Shown here: one piece after another, positions 57,830-64,000 of the stretch
How the letters are laid out: each line of letters opens with the position of its first letter
Position numbering within the stretch: position 1 is the first letter of the stretch
Source: Macrostomum lignano
Taxonomy: Eukaryota
DNA length: 64,000 nucleotides
NCBI GenBank assembly: GCA_002269645.1
Contig: NIVC01001519.1
Coordinates: forward strand, 1-64,000
Reading direction: 5' to 3'
The notes under the pieces: model-generated
Told to the model about the DNA's origin: nothing
Databases searched by the model: none
The model's input: only the letters and a program-made list of their open reading frames with translations
Position numbers and translations under genes: made by a program

Positions 57830-59012
57830 CTATGACAGCTCTATCTAGTGCAGTTCAGGTGTGACAGACAGCTGTATCTAGTGCAGTTCAGGTGTGACAG
57901 ACAGCTCTATCTAGTGCAGTTCAGGTGTGACAGACAGCTCTATCTAGTGCAGTTCAGGTGTGACAGACAGCTCTATCTAGTGCAGTTCAGGTGTGACAGA
58001 CAGCTCTATCTAGTGCAGTTTAGGTGTGACAGACAGCTCTATCTAGTGCAGTTCAGGTGTGACAGACAGCTCTATCTAGTGCAGTTCAGGTGTGACAGAC
58101 AGCTCTATCTAGTGCAGTTCAGGTGTGACAGACAGCTGTATCTAGTGCAGTTCAGGTGTGACAGACAGCTCTATCTAGTGCAGTTCAGGTGTGACAGACA
58201 GCTGTATCTAGTGCAGTTCAGGTGTGACAGACAGCTCTATCTAGTGCAGTTTAGGTGTGACAGACAGCTCTATCTAGTGCAGTTTAGGTGTGACAGACAG
58301 CTCTATCTAGTGCAGTTTAGGTGTGACAGACAGCTCTATCTAGTGCAGTTCAGGTGTGACAGACAGCTGTATCTAGTGCAGTTCAGGTGTGACAGACAGC
58401 TCTATCTAGTGCAGTTCAGGTGTGACAGACAGGTCTATCTAGTGCTGTTCAGGTGTGACAGACAGCTGTATCTAGTGCAGTTCAGGTGTGACAGACAGCT
58501 CTATCTAGTGCAGTTCAGGTGTGACAGACAGCTCTATCTAGTGCAGTTTAGGTGTGACAGACAGCTCTATCTAGTGCAGTTTAGGTGTGACAGACAGCTC
58601 TATCTAGTGCAGTTCAGGTGTGACAGACAGCTCTATCTAGTGCAGTTCAGGTGTGACAGACAGCTCTATCTAGTGCAGTTTAGGTGTGACAGACAGCTCT
58701 ATCTAGTGCAGTTCAGGTGTGACAGACAGCTCTATCTAGTGCAGTTCAGGTGTGACAGACAGCTCTATCTAGTGCAGTTTAGGTGTGACAGACAGCTCTA
58801 TCTAGTGCAGTTTAGGTGTGACAGACAGCTCTATCTAGTGCAGTTTAGGTGTGACAGACAGCTGTATCTAGTGCAGTTTAGGTGTGACAGACAGCTGTAT
58901 CTAGTGCAGTTCAGGTGTGACAGACAGCTGTATCTAGTGCAGTTCAGGTGTGACAGACAGGTCTATCTAGTGCAGTTCAGGTGTGACAGACAGGTCTATC
59001 TGGTGTAGTTCA
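57830..59012. repeat. 33-bp minisatellite (CTCTATCTAGTGCAGTTCAGGTGTGACAGACAG), about 35 copies, just upstream of the EED ATG
   Basis: Direct reading. Confidence 0.97.
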
Positions 59013-59131
59013 GGTGCTGTTACAGTGGAAGGATTCATATGCTTAATATGAGCACGGAACATGAATAACAGGAAACATGAATACAATTCAGCCTAATCAG
59101 AGTTTCGCATCACCACTTTAAGCTACCTGGC

Positions 59132-59521
59132 ATGTCACAACAGCAGCAGCGGTCTAGCAAGCGAGTCTCAGTCGGCCCATCAGCAGGTAGACAGGCCGGC
59201 GGCAAGGCTACGACCAGCGGAGGCAGACTGTCGATGAGCGTAGGCTCAGGCGGCGGTGGCAAGCCGAATCCCAAACTGAACTATAAGCAGACTTGCAGCC
59301 TGAAGGAGGGCCACGGCCAGTCTGTGTACGCGCTGCAATTCAACAATAGCAGCGGCAGCGAGCCCTGCCTGTTTGCCACCGCCGGGGCCTGCTATGTGAC
59401 CGTCTACGCCTGCCTGCCTGACGGTGTTATTGAACTGCTTCAGGCGTACGCCGATCCGGCTGGCGATGAGGAGGAGTTCTGCTGTCTGGCCTGGTCGCTG
59501 GATCCGATTACTAGGCAACAG
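59132..59521 (+). CDS. EED: Polycomb protein EED/esc (WD40 subunit of PRC2), coding exon 1
   Basis: ATG at 59132. SLKEGHGQSVYALQFN...FATAG...LLQAYAD...AW resembles EED SLKEDHNQPLFGVQFN. Donor CAG|GTATGA. Confidence 0.9.
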
Positions 59522-60135
59522 GTATGACCATCTAGGCAACAGGTGTGATCATCTAGGCAACAGGTATGACCATCTAGGCAACAGGTGTGATCATCTAGGC
59601 AACAGGTGTGACCATCTAGGCAACAGGTGTGATCATCTAGGCAACAGGTGTGACCATCTAGGCAACAGGCTGTGACGTCTGACGTGACCATCTAGGCAAC
59701 AGGTGTGACCATCTAAGCAACAGGTGTGACCATCTAGGCAACAGGTATGATCATCTAGGCAACAGGTATGACCATCTAGGCAACAGGCTGTGACGTGACC
59801 ATCTAGGCAACAGGTGTGATTATCTAGGCAACAGGTATGACCATCTAGGCAACAGGCTGTGACGTGACCATCTAGGTAACAGGTATGACCATCTAGGCAA
59901 CAGGTATGACCATCTAGGCAACAGGTATGACCATCTAGGCAACAGGTATGACCATCTAGGCAACAGGCTGTGACGTGACCATCTAGGCAACAGGTATGAC
60001 CATCTAAGCAACAGGTGTGATCATCTAGGCAACAGGTGTGACCATCTAGGCAACAGGTGTGATCATCTAGGCAACAGGTGTGATAATCTAGGCAACAGGT
60101 ATGACCATCTATGCAACAGGTGTGACAATCTAGGT
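59511..60135 (+). repeat. 21-bp minisatellite (CTAGGCAACAG|GTRTGAYCAT), about 29 copies, starting inside EED exon 1 and reiterating its splice donor
   Basis: The first unit is the last 11 exonic nt plus the first 10 intronic nt. Confidence 0.95.
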
Positions 60136-60174
60136 AATTGGTGTTACGCAGATTCTAGGCAAAATGAATTAAGA

Positions 60175-60378
60175 TCTAAGTCTATACAATGGATGTGAGG
60201 ATCTAGACAATGGATGTGAGGATCTAGACAATGGATGTGAGGGTCTAGACAATATGTGTGAGGATCTAGACAATGGATGTGAGGATCTAGACAATGGATG
60301 TGAGGATCTAGACAATGGATGTGAGGATCTAGACAATGGATGTGAGGATCTAGACAATGGATGTGAGGGTCTAGACAA
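60175..60378. repeat. 21-bp minisatellite (ATCTAGACAATGGATGTGAGG), about 9 copies, EED intron 1
   Basis: Direct reading. Confidence 0.93.
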
Positions 60379-60472
60379 CAGGCAGCTTTCAAACCCCCGG
60401 GTTTGAGGGCCAAGCCTCTTTGCTTTTTTAACTTGGAAAGCCTATAAAACATCAGTTTGAAACCCATCTCAG

Positions 60473-60898
60473 GTGATATTGACGGCCGGTCGACGCGGCG
60501 TCATCCGCGTGATTTGTCCATCCATGGCTGCCTGTCTGAAGAGCTTAGTCGGCCACGGTAACAGTGTCAATCACCTGAAGGTGAGCCCGCGCAATCCAGC
60601 CCTGCTATTCAGCTTCTCCAAGGACTACACGGCCAGAGCGTGGAATCTGGCCACCGGCCATCAGGTGGCCATCTTCGGCGGCTGCGACGGGCACCGCTCT
60701 GAGGTGCTGCACGGCGACGTGAATCTGGACTGCAGCCTGCTGCTCTCCTGCGGCATGGATCATTCTGTCCGGCTGTGGCGCCTGGATCGGCCGGAGTTTG
60801 AGCGGGCGGCCCGCCTCTCGGAGACCTGGTCGGACGAGGATGAGAAGCGCCGGTTCCCCACCTGGATGCAGCATCATCCGGATTTTGTCACGCGAGAG
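60473..60898 (+). CDS. EED: EED coding exon 2
   Basis: CTCAG|GTG; AGRRGVIRVI...GHGNSVN...SKDYTARAWN...GGCDGHRSEVL...SCGMDHSVRLW; GAG|GTGCGA. Confidence 0.94.
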
Positions 60899-60934
60899 GT
60901 GCGACCCCGTTTGATTTGGGATTTGGACTAAGAT

Positions 60935-61087
60935 AGATAGACAGGCACTAAGACAGACAGACAGACAGACAGACATGCAGGCAGCAGACATACTGCCTGT
61001 CTATCTGTGTCTGTCACAGACAGACAGACACTAAGACAGGTAGACAAGACAGGTAGACAGACAGACAGTCAGGTAGGCATGTACTCG

Positions 61088-61171
<84 letters not shown>

Positions 61172-61253
61172 TAGACAGACAGGTAAACAGATAAACAGAC
61201 ACAGATAGACAGACAGTCAGGTAGACAGACAGACAGGTAGACAGACAGACAGG

Positions 61254-61297
<44 letters not shown>

Positions 61298-61410
61298 TAG
61301 ACAGACACGTAGACAGGTAGACGGACACAGACAGACAGACAGACAGGTAAATAGACAGAAAGACAGGTAGACAGACACAGACAGACAGGTAGACAGGTAG
61401 ACAGGTAGAC
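60935..61410. repeat. (AGAC)n microsatellite in EED intron 2
   Basis: Direct reading; reverse orientation of the (TCTG)n arrays. Confidence 0.95.
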
Positions 61411-61601
61411 ATGTGTATAGCATATAGAATATACATGGTTTTGTGTTTGATTTTTAGATAAGTAAGTGATGTCAAAGTTATTTTAGCTTCTTTGCTGGTA
61501 GGCACATGCAGATAAATATGTAGATAAGTAAGACAGGTAGGCAGATAGCTAGCTGTGTCTAAAGATGTATGCCAAATTGTCTTTTTCTTGTTCCTATTCA
61601 G

Positions 61602-61820
61602 GTGCACGGCAACTACATCGACTGCGCTGCCTGGTTTGGCAACTGCATCCTGTCAAAGTCGTGCGAATCCTGCGTTGTCTTGTGGAAGCCTGGCAGTTTG
61701 AAATCGGCCGATTGTGGCCCGTTGAGGCACACTGACAATGCCATGTCTATACTGTACCAGTTCGAGGTGAAGAACTGTGATATTTGGTTCATAAAGTTCG
61801 ATCTGCACCTGCCAACCAAG
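61602..61820 (+). CDS. EED: EED coding exon 3
   Basis: TTCAG|GTG; VHGNYIDC..WFGNCILSKSCE..VVLWKPG...CDIWFIKF; AAG|GTTGGA. Confidence 0.94.
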
Positions 61821-61877
61821 GTTGGACTTCGGCTTGTACTTTTATCTTCGGGAATCAGAATACCAGCTCCTTTCCCA

Positions 61878-62410
61878 GGGTCACTCTGCCGCCCCTATCA
61901 TATCTCTGAGGATCACTCTGCCGCCCGTATCATAGCTCTGAGGATCACTCTGCCGCCCCTATCATAGCTCTGAGGATCACTCTGCCGCCCCTATCATAGC
62001 TCTGATGATCACTCTGCCGCCCCTATCATAGCTCTGAGGATCACTCTGCCGCCCCTATCATAGCTCTGAGGATCACTCTGCCGCCCCTATCATAGCTCTG
62101 AGGATCACTCTGCCGCCCCTATCATAGCTCTGAGGATCACTCTGCCGTCCCTATCATAGCTCTTAGGGTCACTCTGCCGCCCCTATCATAGCTCTTAGGG
62201 TCACTCTGCCGCCCCTATCATAGCTCTTAGGGTCACTCTGCCCCCAACTATCATAGCTCTTAGGGTCACTCTGCCGCCCCTATCATAGCTCTTAGGGTCA
62301 CTCTGCCCCCAACTATCTCAGCTCTGAGGGTCACTCTGTCCCCAACTATACCAGCTGTGAGGGTCACTCTGACCCCCAATTATCCCAGCTCCGGGGGTCA
62401 CTCTGCCGTC
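61878..62410. repeat. 32-bp minisatellite (GCTCTGAGGATCACTCTGCCGCCCCTATCATA), about 16 copies, EED intron 3
   Basis: Direct reading; degenerate at both ends. Confidence 0.95.
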
Positions 62411-62468
62411 AACTATCGCGTATTAACAATCCCAGGACCTGAATTAAATCAATCCATCTGCATTCCAG

Positions 62469-62705
62469 CGCCTGGCCCTGGGCAATTCCATCGGCAAAGT
62501 GCAACTATTCGACTTGGACGCGCCGGACATTTTCGATATGCGGCCAGCAACGCTGAACGTCACTAAAGGCCAAGGCGCAGTCAGGCAGACCTGCTTTAGC
62601 CGCGACGGATCGACACTACTGTGCGTCTGCGACTTCGGCCTGGTTGTACGATTCGATCTGGACAAGCAGAGCGCCGCTGCCGCCGCGACAGCTGCTGCCA
62701 AATAG
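62469..62705 (+). CDS. EED: EED last coding exon
   Basis: TTCCAG|CGC; RLALGNSIGKV...AVRQTCFSRDGSTLLCVCD...RFD; TAG at 62703-62705. The joined CDS is 1272 nt. Confidence 0.93.
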   Translation, partial: RLALGNSIGKVQLFDLDAPDIFDMRPATLNVTKGQGAVRQTCFSRDGSTLLCVCDFGLVVRFDLDKQSAAAAATAAAK

Positions 62706-62828
62706 GAGCCGAATGCAGTAGTCACGTGAGCTAATGCTGAAATTGACATGTGGTGCATGTATAGTATCTATGTATATAGTTGCATGTACAAGTTTATTGT
62801 CAAAAAGTTTCTATTTCTCAATTAACGA

Positions 62829-62834
62829 AATAAA
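62829..62834 (+). terminator. Candidate polyadenylation signal AATAAA for EED
   Basis: AATAAA about 125 nt after the stop codon. Confidence 0.45.
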
Positions 62835-64000
62835 GCAGCTATCTGCAGGCTTCATTATCTAAGTCTTTCTTCTCGCTAGTGAAACTACTCAATTTTAATT
62901 TAATTAGATAAAAGCGACTGTAGGGTCAATTCATTCGCGTTTCGCCGCTGAGAAAGGTTTATGCGCACTAATCCGGTGTTTTTGCTCACTAAGTAGATAC
63001 CGTGTGTCTGCAATTCGTGTGTTCGCAATTCCCTTGGTAGTTTTTTAACTTTGGTAACTAATTTACCGGCTGGAATATTTCTGCCAAAATACAATGATTA
63101 GCAATACTTAGTATATTTGTCTATTAATAAGTTGTGCTAAAATACTTTTCTTCAATTCTGTTGTCTCATTTATTTTAAATTTAATATTTTTTGTGTTTGA
63201 TTGTGTAATATAATTTACGGTATTCGAATTCACAGTTAGACACCGTGACTAATCACTGGATTCACGTTAAGAAGTATCAATAACATTAAAAATCATGACC
63301 TGCGTGTAATGAGATCCGCCTGGAGTCTCCCCCTCGGATACAAGCCTTCCAGACTCACTCCAAAATAGAGCTGGGTAGTGAAAAGCCTTGAGGCTCGAGA
63401 CCTACAGTAGGCTAGTGCTGTATAGGATCGCTCCTGGTAATTAGCTGCCCAGACTCGCTCCAATAGTTTAAGCCATTTCCGTAGGTTTAGGAGTAACTCC
63501 TCACTCGGACCGCTTTCTTAGTAGTATTCCAAGCATTTCGCTCTCCAATTTTTCTGCGCACTCCCAAAGACTCGCTGGCTGGGGGGTGGCCTGGGTGGAC
63601 TCGGTCCTAGCACCGTCCCTGATTCCACTGTTTGGGTTGGCGGTGTCTTGTACCGTAGGTTTGGGTCAACTCGCCCACCCGCGCTTTGAGCTGGGTCCAA
63701 TCCCAATGCATCCATGGGGTATCTCGGGCCCTGGACAGTTAATGCCTTGGCCCCTGGTAGTGCCCCTCAGCGGCAGAGCCCACCCCGGGCTGATCCGCGG
63801 GTAGCAAAGCTTCCCACCCTCGTTTAACAACAATGAGATGCAGCTAACTGCCGGGGCATATTCTGTGGAGGCGGTCAGCCAAAGCAGATGCAAGCTATTC
63901 CATAGCCCATACCCAGTATTTTACACGTACATTACAATTCACACGAACAGCTGATATCCATTTTATACAATTCTGATAGTATAACTAATTTCAAATTATA

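Noticed and set aside
63840-63880. HDV-like P1 helix GGCTGAC/GTTAGCT on the - strand
   Set aside because: The implied L3 loop is only 4 nt and no P2 directly abuts P3, so the nested pseudoknot does not fit.

Overview
Eukaryotic (metazoan) genomic DNA. GC-rich exons sit in AT-rich, tandem-repeat-laden introns; the style suggests a flatworm such as Macrostomum, which is inference only. The first ~23.9 kb is a 16/17-bp satellite (AAGCATCACAGATCCC[C]) that appears to lie inside an intron of a SEC14-like (CRAL-TRIO + GOLD) gene, whose last two coding exons are at 24633-28705. Two complete spliced genes follow on the + strand: importin-7 (8 coding exons, 39259-55427, ~1123 aa) and the Polycomb PRC2 subunit EED/esc (4 coding exons, 59132-62705, ~423 aa). 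Importin-7 intron 6 holds a full-length 5.37-kb non-LTR retrotransposon on the - strand (ORF1; APE-RT-RNase H ORF2; LOA/Lian-like) with a 16-bp TSD, inserted into a minisatellite. Also present are an internally deleted mariner, a deleted Tc1, a CORE-type tRNA SINE, and a 605-bp TSD-flanked element with a LINE-like tail. The most notable observations are: a tandem array that reiterates the EED exon-1 splice donor about 29 times; related minisatellite families in neighbouring introns; a candidate LINE/non-autonomous partner pair; a phospho-FFAT-like motif on the SEC14-GOLD protein; and an altered EED methyl-lysine cage loop. Exon boundaries were read by eye from GT/AG sites and protein homology recalled from memory; no database searches were run.
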